Source: the human T2T-CHM13v2.0 reference genome, Homo sapiens
Assembly (NCBI RefSeq): GCF_009914755.1
Contig: NC_060926.1
Strand: one strand, 5' to 3'
DNA: 64,000 nucleotides
The notes under the pieces: generated by a model
The model's input: only the letters and a program-made list of their open reading frames with translations
What the model was told of the DNA's origin: nothing
Database searches by the model: none
Shown here: positions 1-15,720 of the stretch, in pieces
Layout: every line of letters starts with the position of its first letter
Numbering within the stretch: position 1 is the stretch's first letter
Position numbers and translations under genes: made by a program

Positions 1-488
1 CAAGGGGCTCATATCTTTAACCTCAGTATCTAGCATAGCGTCTGGTACAGAACAGGCACTAAATGCACTATATAAACCGATGGGCAAGACTGTATTTGGA
101 AAAGAATGCTTCAAAACGAGTGCCCACAGTGGTGCAGACAGTGGTGCTGAGAGGATTATGGGAGGATTAAAAACGGGTAAAGTAAGTCTGAGAAGATTCC
201 CAGTGGCCCTGCTGGCAATGGAGAAAACGGAAGGGCAGCCATTTGTCCATGGCTCCTAAATCCACCCATCTACCCCAAGGCTAAGACAGCCAAGTTCAGT
301 GCAGCCAGCAGAGTCACAACCCCGCAAGCTGTATGTGAACATGGTTAACCCACTCTTAAGGAGTGAGATCTTTCTTTTCTTTTATTGGTTCCTCTGCCTC
401 TTCCTCATGGCTTTTGGGTTTGATTTGACAGTACAACAGGGCCCATTATGATGTCTCAGAGAAGTTTCTCACTGTGCTCTCTGGCAAA

Positions 489-521
489 ACACACACGCGC
501 ACACACAGACACACACACACA
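489..521. repeat. Interrupted (CA)n microsatellite
   Basis: acacacacgcgcacacacagacacacacacac. Confidence 0.85.
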
Positions 522-2227
522 AACAACCTAGATTCAGCCCCACTCAGGAACCCAGAGATGGGGTAGGAGTGGAGGTACTCTTTTATGCCTGTGAATGTGA
601 CCCCACCTTAGCCTGCCCAAGCTTTGAAATTGTAACATCTGGTTCCAGCCTTCCCTTTGGGATTCCTTCATGCTTCCTGGTCCCTGAGGGGTTCCTGTTT
701 TCAAAGGCAGGTGACAGAATCATCCAGGCACTGGGACTTAGCGGCCCAGGCTCTGGCCCAGCCGACCCACTGATTCCCTAGGGCCTGGATTTCTGGACCT
801 TCCTGACTTTAGATGTAAAACTGGGGAAAAGTCTAGCCTTCCTTCCAAGCTAAGGGTGAAGCCAAGGCAAGAGACAAATGTAAAAATTTCTGGGAATTCT
901 TGGAGGACAGTATTACCTTTTATCTTGTAGGATGGGAAAGCAGAAGAAGCTACTGTCAAAGGAAAAAAAAATTGTGACTTCTGACTAGGCATATAGAAAG
1001 GATTTTCCCTCTTGTTCTTCTTAGAACATCTTCAATCCATAAAAAGGGCTAGGATAAAAATGGTTTATGTTTTCTGCTGACTCTAGGGAAAATAAGGTGC
1101 TTTTTACTGAATCCGTGTATTTACTTATTAGGCACACTGAAAGGTAACTCACAGCCCAAATAGAAATCACAGGCTCTCTCTCCCCTTGATGGAGCCAAGT
1201 AAAGCTGCCCTGAGCTCAGAAACCCATAGCTAGCAAAGGGACAAACCCATAGCTAGCCAAGGGAAATCTGCTTGGGTTGGAAATTGGATTAATGACAGTT
1301 ATGACACGAGCTTGCCCCTTGCCCCCGACCCCTGTCTCTCATTCGTCCTTGAGGTTTTGCAAGTCAAGTTTCACTACAGACTGACACACATGCTCTAGAC
1401 TAACTGGAGGCTCAGGTTTGAGACAGGTCCAGATTCACACACTGGGATCCCCCATTTACACACATGTATGTCTTAGCCTGTAAAGGTTTACCGTTGAAAT
1501 GCCTGGAGAAGCTCAACTAGATTTAGATCATTGAAAGCTGTAATTTCCAAATGGATTAATAATTTATACACTGTTACTCTGGGCGTGAGGTTAGGGGTCA
1601 GTCTCCCTTTGTTATATGAGGATATTATGTGCTTTTAGGCTTTTTATGGCCTTTAATCTTATTTTCCTATCTATTAAGTAGCAGGCCCTTCACCAAGGCT
1701 GGCATTAATGACCAGATGATTAGAAAGCTGGCGTTAATTATATTCTACTGACAGAGCAGGCCCTTGCCTGCAATTGTTAGAAATGCACTTAAAACCTTTG
1801 CTTGCTGCACTGTTTGATCAAAAAGAGTAAGAGCCCTGAATTTGGTTTGCATTAAGGACCATCTAAATAAGTTAAATACAGGCACTTGAAATTGTGCAAG
1901 AATCATTTTACTGCAGCAGAGGAGCCTCAGTGGCACAGATAAAGGGAGAGCAGAGAGGACAAAAGTTATTTCCTTGGTTGAGTCCATGATGGTTTAGGAC
2001 AGCGGCAACAGCAAGTTTGGTCTTCCCAGTGATTTGTGGACCCAGGTAATAAAGAGACCATTGTATTAGGAGCCACCAGACATGTTGTGTAGCTCAGACT
2101 CTGTCACTATTGTCTTGTAAGCTGTGAAGCAAATCATAACCCTCTGGCCTTAGTTTCCTCATGTTAAAAGAAAATACTTATCCTCCCTGTGGCACAGGGT
2201 TTTGTTTAAAAGATTAGACAAGATGAT

Positions 2228-2822
2228 ACAACCATTTTGGAAATAATTTGGCAGCTTCTTATAAACATATACTTTACAGGTAAGCCAGCAATTGCACTCC
2301 TAGCTGCACCCACGAGAAATGAAAATATGTCCATACAAAGATTTATACACAAATGTTTATAGCAGCTTTATTCATAATAATCAAAAACTGAAAACAACTC
2401 AAACATCCATCAACAGGCAGATGGATAAACAAATTATGGTATGTCCATGCAACGGAATACAACTCACTGATGAAAAGGAATAAACCACAAATGCCTGCAA
2501 CGCCATGATGAATCTCAAAACATGCTGAGTGTAGAGAAGCCAGACACAAGAGTAGATACTCCTATACAATTCCACTTACATGGAAATCTAGAAAAGACAA
2601 TTCGAATATATAGTGGCAAAAAGCAGAAGAGTGGTTGCCTGGAACCAGGGTGGGAATGAAGATTAACTGCCCAGAGGCATAAAAAATGGGGTGGTGGGGG
2701 CGGTGATGGAAAAGTGCTATGCCTTCACTGTACCTTTGTCAAAACTTGTTGAACTGTATACTTCAAATGGGTGTGTGTTTTATTGAAGGTAAATTTGACC
2801 CCAATAACATTTATTTTTAAAA
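2228..2822 (+). mobile_element. Old L1M (L1MC/ME-like) 3' fragment in intron 7
   Basis: L1 3' motifs: cagcaattgcactcctag, atgtttatagcagctttattcataat, ggataaacaaattatggta, gaagccagacacaa. Confidence 0.8.
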
Positions 2823-2849
2823 ATTAAGAGCAAACAGAAAAAGCTTAGA

Positions 2850-3120
2850 CTAGGAATCTTTAATTTGAACTATAATTCTGTCTACTGTTTCCACTGAGGT
2901 GGTCTTTCAGCAAATGACTCAGTAGTTTTAAGCCTCAGTTTCTTCAGCTGTAAAGTGGGAATAACAACAGGCACCCCATGGTGTTGCCTATGAAATGCAG
3001 TGATGATGACCTAATCCTTAGTGAGCGCCCTATGTGCCAGGCACTGTGCTGAATGCTTTGCAGAAACGAATTCATCTTATCAGATAGTTCTGAACACTGC
3101 AAAGCACTATACAAATGTAA
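2850..3120 (+). mobile_element. MIR fragment(s)
   Basis: Core agcctcagtttcttcagctgtaaagtgggaataa. Confidence 0.6.
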
Positions 3121-4628
3121 GTTACAGGAATTCTTGCACTTTGCAGGTGCTTGTTAAATTGTGAAGAAGAAAGCAAAACATAAGTGTAAAGGATTACCAA
3201 ACTGCACTAGTATGAAGAGAGCCATGTTCCTCAGCTGTACAGGGCTGATGAATGGGGAGGAGGCCTGCGAGCCTACCAGGAGAACCGGGGAGACTCTCTG
3301 TCTACCGAGAGCCTGGATATCCTCCCGAGTGGCCCCTCATGAGACTATCTACCAACGTGTAACAGACTGTCTGTGACAGGCCATGGGCATAATATGTATT
3401 AGTATCTCTAAGAAAGAGGTGGCTTTTCCTATACAAAATTTGTTGGTGACAGTTGGTCAACACTTATGTACCTGATAAGCCATGTGGGTACAGTCGATCC
3501 TCAGTACAAATGGCAGTGGTATGCTGGGTAGCTAATGATGACAGTTATTACCGTTACTACTATTATTATCAATATCCTGTTTTGCAGAGGAGGAAACCAA
3601 AACCAAGAAGGATTGTTCCTTTCCCCAAATCCCAAGCTAGCAAGATTTCCCGATCCTCCCTCCATGCCCTTTCCTAACGTCTCTGTGATTTGGGAGCTTC
3701 TGAGCTGGAGTTCTGTAAATTCCCAAGGAATGGGCAGTTCAGAAAAATACCAAAAATTCTAACATTATTAGACTTTAAAGAGATTTATTGATTCCTTTTG
3801 AATGGCAGCAGATGGAACATTCTGGACTGGGGAAGGACAGTCTGTGATGTGAAACCCTTCCCCAAGGTAGACAACAAAAGCGTTTTTTAAATGAACACTT
3901 AGTAGAACAATCTAGAAGAGGAAAAACCTCATAAGTAGGAAGCCTAGCTGGGCGGTTGGGAGAAGGAGTATAAGTGATTTATTACAGCTTATGAAGAGAC
4001 TGTGTGTGGGCTGCCAGGGTCCCAGCTCTTTCTCAGCCCCAACTGAGAAAGGGTGGGGTGGTTTGCCTCTGCCTTTGCTGTGGGTCACAAACCTTCAGTG
4101 GCCCAAAAGGTGGCAAGCCTGACAGATGACCTGGAGAAATCAAGGATATCAATGTTTTAAATGCTTTTATTCATAAGCAGGGTATTGGTGGTGGGTCTGC
4201 TGAAAAAAAAAAACAAAAAAAAACAAAAAAAACTGCCCTGAGGTCAGGCTTTCTCCAGGCTGCTTAGAAGTCCCCCCACCTGGAGTGCTTGACGGGATGG
4301 CGCTCCTTACCCAGTGTGAAGGGGCTTCTTCTCATTGAACCCCATGAAGAAAGTAAGGCAGGTTCTGGACTTGGTTCTGCTTATAGCTGAGCTGGTCTGT
4401 GAGCCTGACTTGTCCAGGGATTGGTGATGGGCCACTGCAAAGCTGCATAGTGAGCGGGTCCCTCCCTCAGTAGACAGCCTTGGGCAAGTCATTTCACCTC
4501 TTCTCACCTCTTTTTCCTATATTTAAAATGAAGAGTTGGCTGAGGTGATCCCTAAGCTCCCTCCCAGGTCACTCTCCCTGGTCCTCACTGTCGTGGCGCC
4601 CTGTTCTGTCTGTTCCCCTGCAGATTAG

Positions 4629-4862
<234 letters not shown>

Positions 4863-5503
4863 TAAGCATGTGAGGGCTGGCGGGCCTTGGTGCAGGGTAT
4901 GTGGGGGTGCCCAAGCTTCCCAGACTCAGGATGACAGGCCTAGGAGATGCCAGGCCTCTCAGCGCCCTGGGCACCACCTCAGGGAGGTCTTGCAGGGCTA
5001 ACCCTAGTGACTGAGAGGACTTCCTGTGGATGTCTTGGAACAGTGGGATACTGGGTTGGGATTTTTTTTTCTGCGCTTTCCCTGGCATCTGTCATTTATG
5101 CCATGCATCTGACCCAGGTGGGGAGGCAGATAGCACACAATAGTCAATATTTTCTGAATGGGGAAAAAGGAAAGAGAATCGCTTATGCTTTTGGGAAAAA
5201 AAAAAGATGTCATGCCTTCACTCTATAGTACCTGGAAAGAAAGCTAGAGGAAGTCATTTCTAGTTGTTTCTACAGACAGAGAAAAACAAAAGCATCAGGC
5301 CTCATATATACCACCCCACTCAAGTGCAATAATATTTAATAAAACAGGATCCGAAACAGACATACATTCAGAGGATACCTCTGTTGTCACTACCTCCATG
5401 GCTCACACACTTCTATTGTATGGTTCTTTATAAGACGCCAATGCCTGGAGTCCTACCCATTTTTTGTCGGAGAGCTTAGCTATGAGGGTTTCCATGCATC
5501 TAG

Positions 5504-5932
<429 letters not shown>

Positions 5933-6871
5933 TGAGCACAAAAGAACACCACACGCTCCTGCCCTGATAAGACCATCCCATATCCGACCTCACCAAGTGC
6001 TGTACGAGGAGGGGTTAAGAGAGGACACCCCCCTGAGGGTCGATTCTCCACCATGGGTGGTGAGAGTCTGAGATGAGAGGGAGGGGAGAGGTGAGGGATC
6101 TGCTCCGAGGCCACTTGGACACTGTCAAAGAGAAGGGGCAGATTCCTACCAGGGTCTGGAAGGACAGATGGCTTGTTCAGGCAGAGGGCCAAGTTGGAGT
6201 AATGTTGGGAAGGATCATTCCAAAAACACAGAGAACATATTGAGGCCTGGGATTAAGCCCTCAAACCCACGACTTCATTAAAGTGTCTGCCTGTCCCTGG
6301 GGATGTAAGTCACTGGGGACCCCGGCAGGGTTTTCAGCCCTCGGCTGCTCCAATCCTGGAAACACCCTTGAAGCCCCATGCTCCCCAGTTCGCAACCCGC
6401 TGCCACCCTCTCCTGGCCTTGCTGTGGCTGCCGGAAGAGTGGTGCTCACCCTGGACTGTGTCAGCCCCTTTTAGATGGGTTCTACAGCGGCCACGTGAGG
6501 ATTGCAGCTAAAGAGAATCTGAAACGCAGCGGGCCCTTGGCCAGTAGGTCTCGCGGCTTGTTTTGTGGCAGTACTGAGGCAAATAGCTCAATAGCCCAAT
6601 TCTCCTCTCCCTCTCATACCTTCCTTGTCTACCCTTCCGGATCTGTTCCTCAGGGAAGAGTGGCTCCTAATATATTTAGTCTCTGAAAATTAAATGTCCC
6701 AGGAGACTGTTCCGTTTAAAGGGAGTCTCTACGTTGACTCATAGCCAGAGTCAAAGACCCATGTGTTCCAGCTGAGCCCCAGGGTGTTGGGGGGGCCTAG
6801 CCCCAGGCATGCCTTCCAGACCCTCTTAGGGCCTTCTCTGCGGTTTTTGGGCCTCCTCTGCCTTGGGGTGA

Positions 6872-7240
<369 letters not shown>

Positions 7241-7429
7241 TGACACTTACCTACCAGGTATCAGAGCTGTTTTCTTCCTTTTAGTGTTCATCCCCCAACT
7301 CCATTGAAATAAGCTCCTTGAAGGGCTTTGAGCCCCCAGCTCAGTCCCCATACAGGGCAGTAACATCCCGTATGTGGCACAGAGCTGCACAGTTTGCACA
7401 GCCCTGCTGGCCACAGCCTGTATCCTGTT

Positions 7430-7600
7430 TGGTCCTCAAGACAGGACAACCTGTGAAGCGACAGTAGCCTCATTTTATGATGAGGAGACTGGAATTTAGA
7501 GAGGTTGATGAATTGACCTAATTCATACAGCTTGTTAATTAGCAGCCCCTCTACAAATAGTTGTGTGGTGGAATGGAATTGAACCTTTGGGTCCAGGAAG
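7430..7600 (-). mobile_element. MIR
   Basis: ctcattttatgatgaggagactgga..agagaggttgatgaattgacc matches the reverse MIR core. Confidence 0.65.
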
Positions 7601-7680
7601 GTATTTCTTCTTCCATGCTGGACTTCTGGGGAGACCAGTGCCATATCTTTGACTCTGTCCCCCTCCTTCCTGGCCCCTAG

Positions 7681-7866
<186 letters not shown>

Positions 7867-8879
7867 TAGCCTCATCCCTTTGTTGTAAAGAGCAGTGGAG
7901 ACGTTTGGCCAAGGCCCAGGTCCCCTAAAGAGGTAGGGGTACAGGGTAATGGAGCCTGTGGTCACCCCCTCCTCCCACTGTCAAATCCAGCTCTTCCAGC
8001 ATATGTGTCTCCTACTTAGATAGCTTTCTTAGCACACATGAAAACCGAAATGATACCACTGCACCTTTCTTTAAACAGGCCCTACATTTAACAAGCATAG
8101 CCAGATGTATAAAACATGTATAAACATAGGGGACAATTAATCCCTTTATAAACACATTCATCTTGTGATTTTAAAAAAATAATCATTTTTATATGAAATG
8201 CACTTTAAAATAAATAACATCTGTTTGACAATTTTTCATTTACATAAAACTTTTCAGGAACACATTTATTACATAAGGCCAATGTTCTTGCAAAAACTAT
8301 GTAAACAAGGATAAGGTAGAGGGAGGGGTACGTGTTTTACAAAACCCCAGGGAAAACCATTAATCCCCCATTTGTCTTAGTCTTGAGTTCAACCAGATTT
8401 CTGCCTTGCCACTTAGTTTGTTTCTTGATCCTACTTGGCACAAATCCCAGCTACTCTGCAAAACATGCCCAATTTTAGCTTTTCTATCACCCTCCCTCCT
8501 CAGCACTCCTGTAGTATATATCATGTGGCACTTAATCACAGCTATCTGCTTCTGCTCCTTAAAGATTGCTTAGTATTGCAGTCATTAGTCAGCTGACACC
8601 CACTGAGGGTGTCAGTCTCTGAAGTTAGAAACTGTTTTCCGCATCTGCTTGTATTCCCCTGCTTGTATCATGCGTCCGTCATGATACTGCCACCCTAAGG
8701 GATGATCTGAGTATCTGCTGATTGGAACCAAAGTCTCTGTCCCTGGGGTCTGGCTGTTAGGCTGTTACTCTGCGAGAGTCCACAGATGGACCTGGGCACT
8801 TACTGCTTGCTTAGGCCCGTGCCAGCTTACAGGAGGGAGAAGAGGACAAAAAAAAGCCACAGTGTGCACCACAGGCCTA

Positions 8880-9180
8880 AGCATTGTAGGACAAGGATAA
8901 CCACCACAGGCTGGAGTAGGCAGGGCTGACTCTGTGGAAGAGGGGCTGCCTCGGCTTCAAGAGAGAAGGCGGGCTCCGGACAGGTGGGATGGGGAGAGGA
9001 GAACATTTCTCAATGTGCAGGGTGAAGAGGGGATAAACATGGGGGAAGGCTGGTACATGATACAAGGTCGTGTACATGACACAGCCAAGTCTGAGGTTTT
9101 CCTGATAGGCCCTCGGGAGCCAGTGGAGGCGTTTGAGCAGCACTGTGAAACAGTGCTTGAGATGAATGGCTCTGCAGGAG
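8880..9180 (-). mobile_element. L2 fragment
   Basis: gggagccagtggaggcgtttgagcag is a typical reverse L2 motif. Confidence 0.5.
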
Positions 9181-9184
9181 CTGA

Positions 9185-9742
<558 letters not shown>

Positions 9743-10557
9743 TAAGTGGCAGATACTCAGCTGTACCAGCAGGGCCGAACCGAGAGGCACCCACTAGTAA
9801 GATAGCTGGACCCCCAGGGAGGCCCCTGCCCCTCTCCCCAGCCATCTGATACCCCATTTAGCCCTTCTCTGAGCTCAGACTTTGGGGAATCACCTCAAGC
9901 CATGTGAGGCCTAGTGTAGGATGGGTTTTTATCTGGGCTGCCACTGAGGGCAGGCAAAGAAGTGGCTTGTTGAGAGCCCTGTACCTCAGTGTCTCCCTTC
10001 GGACCACCACCAGAGTGCCTTTCGTATCTCGGTTCATCATCTGAGCCACACAGAAAATTGAGTGATGATTTTCCCTGGTTGAAAACAGCAAAAAGATACC
10101 CCTGCCTCCCCTTGCCTTTTGGCTGCCCCCGGGTCCTCGCCACTGCAGCCTCTCCCAGCTGTGCCTAGGCTCCAGAAATGCCTTCCCATCTCCCCAGCAT
10201 GCTCATTTCACCAGCTGCGAGCTCACTGGGCTAAGGCACAGGGGTTGGTACATGACCTGCCACTCCCAGGGGCCGCTGGTACTTGCCCTTTATAGAGCAG
10301 CCAAACTAGTTTTCAGTGGGAGCAAAAGGCAGAGGAGAGACATGGGCAGAAGAAACCCTCCTAAGGACTAACATTGCCCAGCCAGGCAGCCATCCCCCAG
10401 ACCAGGAGGCTTGAGCCCTTCAGCATCTTATAGCTGAGGAAGGAGACAGAGCTCGAGCTCGGCCTGCAGGTGCACAGCCTGCCTCTGAGACTCTGCCTTT
10501 TGGGTCTTTGAGTCATCACAGGCATCAGCATTGGGACTGGAAGGGCCCCTAAGATGA

Positions 10558-11220
<663 letters not shown>

Positions 11221-11448
11221 TGAGCCTTGTTAGAATGGGGCGATGTCCTCTGTCTCTCCCGCAGTCCCACACACCCAACTTTTCCATCTCCACTCTGACT
11301 TAGATGATGCCATCAGAGGGTCCTGAAGGTTGGCTGTAGTTCTGGTGACTCTGAGCACCTTTTATAAAGGAAAGGGATGCTAGGGCTTCCTGGCCTCTCC
11401 CCTCCCTCAGGCCAATGCTACCGTCACTCTCTGACTTTGGTCTTTCAG

Positions 11449-11622
11449 ATAAGTTCACCCAAAACCCCATGAGGGGCCTGGGCCATCCCCTGAGACATCT
11501 GCCGCTGCCACAGCCTCCATCTGCCATCAGTCCCGGGGAGAACAGCAAGAGCAGGTTCCCCCCACAGTGCTACGCCACCCAGTACCAGGACTACAGCCTG
11601 TCGTCAGCCCACAAGGTGTCAG
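11449..11622 (+). CDS. EPAS1: EPAS1 exon 15
   Basis: cag|...|gtgggt; 174 bp; [24 protein letters not shown]...SLSSAHKVS. Confidence 0.97.
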
Positions 11623-13507
11623 GTGGGTGTGCCCAGGATCTGTCACCCCCATCCCAGGATTCGATGCCAGGGGAAGCCCACGTCTACTTTTTTTCCAGCG
11701 TCTGCACAGTGCCAGGCACAGGGAGGTGCTTGACTTGAAGTCACCTATACAGGGCTCAGGTCTCCTTGGATTTAGGGAACCTCCTCACAAGTTCCTTGTG
11801 ACATCAGTGATCAGGCCCCCCAGTGGGTGGGTCTGAGACACAGCTAAAAAACTCAAACTCAGGCTAGAATACTGAAGGAAAGAATGCAGACCACTACCGA
11901 CTGCCCAAAGAGGACTGAACACTGAACACTGGGTTGGCGACCCCCAGAACACTGTACCACTGTTGACAGGAGCACTTTCAGAAGAAAGAGCAGGCGGCCA
12001 CAGTGGTGAGGGCCTGTTGAAGAAGAGAAGAGAAAGTTCAGAGAGAGAGAGTTGGGAAGCGGTCTGGGCAGAGGCAGGGGATCTCCCGTCTATGCAAGGA
12101 TGAGCTTGCTGCGTGGAGAAGGGAGTGCTCCTTCCCTGGGGCTTTAGGGAGAACCCTCCCATGATCAGGTGCCATCCAGGGCTCTTTCCACCCTGAGAAT
12201 CCCGGAGCCTTGCCCCTTCCTCAGTTCTTCATGTGGATGTGTTTTGGGGTGTCACTCTGAGTTCAGGCAGGTGCTGAGAACATGCCAAAACTTCCTTCAG
12301 GTAGAACAGCCTGGAAAGCTCTGGTAGGCCCACCCCACTGGACTTGGTTCAACTGCAGGCACCAATGCCTGCCTTCAACCCTGGGCCACCTTCATCTTGA
12401 CAGTATCTTGTGAAACATATATGTCTTCATGAGGTTTGTTTGGCCTGAAAATAATTCGTGGTTTATGGAAAAACATACCAGGCCCCTGTTCTAAAAGGCA
12501 ATTTCCTCAGCAATAGAGTTTGGGGAAGGTTATAGTTCTGTGCTTCAGAGTCCAGGCTGTAGAAACACCAGACAGCCCTGGCTTAAATTCTGGCTCTGCT
12601 GTTGAGTTCAGGGGCTGGTATATATTTATGTGCAGTAAGAGGTAGCCAGCACTATTCTTCCTGTTATGTGAAGCCCACGAATTACCTTGAATATTGAAAT
12701 CAAGGGAAAATCATATTCTTTTCAAAAGAGTTGAATCATATCAAACTCTTTTCTGACCATGAATAAGAGAAGTTAGCAAGGGATGGTGAGCAGGTATCCA
12801 TTGATACTGTCCACAGGAGCAGTCAAGCTGGGGAGGCAGGCATGGACCCCAGCAAGGATCTGAGCTAGGAGGTGCAGGAGGCAATGGCCACTGGAACGAG
12901 GCTCTGCAGATAAGGGAAGGTGGGTGGGCATCTCCCATCGGAGGGGCAGAATGCAGGGCTTCCAGGCTCTCTGCTGCCACCTAAGCCTTTCCTCCTTGGG
13001 ATGGGGGCCTGTGTGTGTGCTGCGAGTGTCCCCCCTGCCACTCCCTGGTCTGCCTCCTCGGCAAGAGAATAGCACAGAGGCAAGAAGAAAGGACTGCTGA
13101 GGGTGGTGACCAGAAACTGGATTTTCAGACTGTTGAATCTTGAGGCAGTCTGTGTTTGCATCTGTATGTATGTGTGTGTTCTGCATGTTCTGTGTATGTG
13201 AGCATAGGTGCCAGGTGGTTCAGCCTTTCCTCCCTGCTGCCAGGAGGCATGGGGGTCAGCAACCCCAGGCTCTTCCTGAAGCTTCCACATACCTGTGCTG
13301 CAGCCCGCACCTCACGCTTTCCTCTTTCTTGGGTCTCAGCACCCCACCTGAGGCAGTGGTTCTGGAGGCAGACACGTTCCCCGGGCATGCAGCAGGCCGT
13401 GGGACAGACACCACTGAAGGAGCAGAGTGAAATTAGGGCTGCTCTATTGGTATCCCCCAGTCACAAAGAAGTAGACACTTTTCCAAATGTTCGATTTAGG
13501 CCTTTAA

Positions 13508-13684
<177 letters not shown>

Positions 13685-15720
13685 GCCAGGCCTTCTACCT
13701 GGGCAGCACCTCTGCCGACGCCGTCCCACCAGCTTCACTCTCTCCGTCTGTTTTTGCAACTAGGTATTTCTAACGCCAGCACACTATTTACAAGATGGAC
13801 TTACCTGGCAGACTTGCCCAGGTCACCAAGCAGTGGCCTTTTTCTGAGATGCTCACTTTATTATCCCTATTTTTAAAGTACACAATTGTTTTACCTGTTC
13901 TGAAATGTTCTTAAATTTTGTAGGATTTTTTTCCTCCCCACCTTCAATGACTTCTAATTTATATTATCCATAGGTTTCTCTCCCTCCTTCTCCTTCTCAC
14001 ACACAACTGTCCATACTAACAAGTTTGGTGCATGTCTGTTCTTCTGTAGGGAGAAGCTTTAGCTTCATTTTACTAAAAAGATTCCTCGTTATTGTTGTTG
14101 CCAAAGAGAAACAAAAATGATTTTGCTTTCCAAGCTTGGTTTGTGGCGTCTCCCTCGCAGAGCCCTTCTCGTTTCTTTTTTAAACTAATCACCATATTGT
14201 AAATTTCAGGGTTTTTTTTTTTGTTTAAGCTGACTCTTTGCTCTAATTTTGGAAAAAAAGAAATGTGAAGGGTCAACTCCAACGTATGTGGTTATCTGTG
14301 AAAGTTGCACAGCGTGGCTTTTCCTAAACTGGTGTTTTTCCCCCGCATTTGGTGGATTTTTTATTATTATTCAAAAACATAACTGAGTTTTTTAAAAGAG
14401 GAGAAAATTTATATCTGGGTTAAGTGTTTATCATATATATGGGTACTTTGTAATATCTAAAAACTTAGAAACGGAAATGGAATCCTGCTCACAAAATCAC
14501 TTTAAGATCTTTTCGAAGCTGTTAATTTTTCTTAGTGTTGTGGACACTGCAGACTTGTCCAGTGCTCCCACGGCCTGTACGGACACTGTGGAAGGCCTCC
14601 CTCTGTCGGCTTTTTGCCATCTGTGATATGCCATAGGTGTGACAATCCGAGCAGTGGAGTCATTCAGCGGGAGCACTGCGCGCTATCCCCTCACATTCTC
14701 TATGTACTATGTATGTATGTATTATTATTATTGCTGCCAAGAGGGTCTGATGGCACGTTGTGGGGTCGGGGGGTGGGGCGGGGAAGTGCTCTAACTTTTC
14801 TTAAGGTTTTGTTGCTAGCCCTTCAAGTGCACTGAGCTATGTGACTCGGATGGTCTTTCACACGGCACATTTGGACATTTCCAGAACTACCATGAGATGG
14901 TTTAGACGGGAATTCATGCAAATGAGGGGTCAAAAATGGTATAGTGACCCCGTCCACGTCCTCCAAGCTCACGACCTTGGAGCCCCGTGGAGCTGGACTG
15001 AGGAGGAGGCTGCACAGCGGGAGAGCAGCTGGTCCAGACCAGCCCTGCAGCCCCCACTCAGCCGGCAGCCAGATGGCCCCGCAAGGCCTCCAGGGATGGC
15101 CCCTAGCCACAGGCCCTGGCTGAGGTCTCTGGGTCGGTCAGTGACATGTAGGTAGGAAGCACTGAAAATAGTGTTCCCAGAGCACTTTGCAACTCCCTGG
15201 GTAAGAGGGACGACACCTCTGGTTTTTCAATACCAATTACATGGAACTTTTCTGTAATGGGTACAATGAAGAAGTTTCTAAAAACACACACAAAGCACAT
15301 TGGGCCAACTATTTAGTAAGCCCGGATAGACTTATTGCCAAAAACAAAAAATAGCTTTCAAAAGAAATTTAAGTTCTATGAGAAATTCCTTAGTCATGGT
15401 GTTGCGTAAATCATATTTTAGCTGCACGGCATTACCCCACACAGGGTGGCAGAACTTGAAGGGTTACTGACGTGTAAATGCTGGTATTTGATTTCCTGTG
15501 TGTGTTGCCCTGGCATTAAGGGCATTTTACCCTTGCAGTTTTACTAAAACACTGAAAAATATTCCAAGCTTCATATTAACCCTACCTGTCAACGTAACGA
15601 TTTCATGAACGTTATTATATTGTCGAATTCCTACTGACAACATTATAACTGTATGGGAGCTTAACTTTATAAGGAAATGTATTTTGACACTGGTATCTTA
15701 TTAAAGTATTCTGATCCTAC
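13685..15720 (+). other. EPAS1: EPAS1 3' UTR
   Basis: Repeat-free, U-rich sequence between the stop codon and the ATTAAA signal; 3' end approximate. Confidence 0.88.
15700..15705 (+). terminator. Polyadenylation signal ATTAAA of EPAS1
   Basis: ATTAAA preceded by TGTA elements and followed by GT/T-rich sequence (ggtggctcttatttcctgtgg). Confidence 0.8.

Noticed and set aside
1220-1265. Short tandem duplications (also 40841-40863, ~45597-45668, ~57340-57405)
   Set aside because: Two-copy slippage events with no unique spacers; not CRISPR-like and no functional hint.
11815-11830. CTCF-like words (also ~24078)
   Set aside because: Only partial matches by eye; needs PWM scoring and ChIP data.
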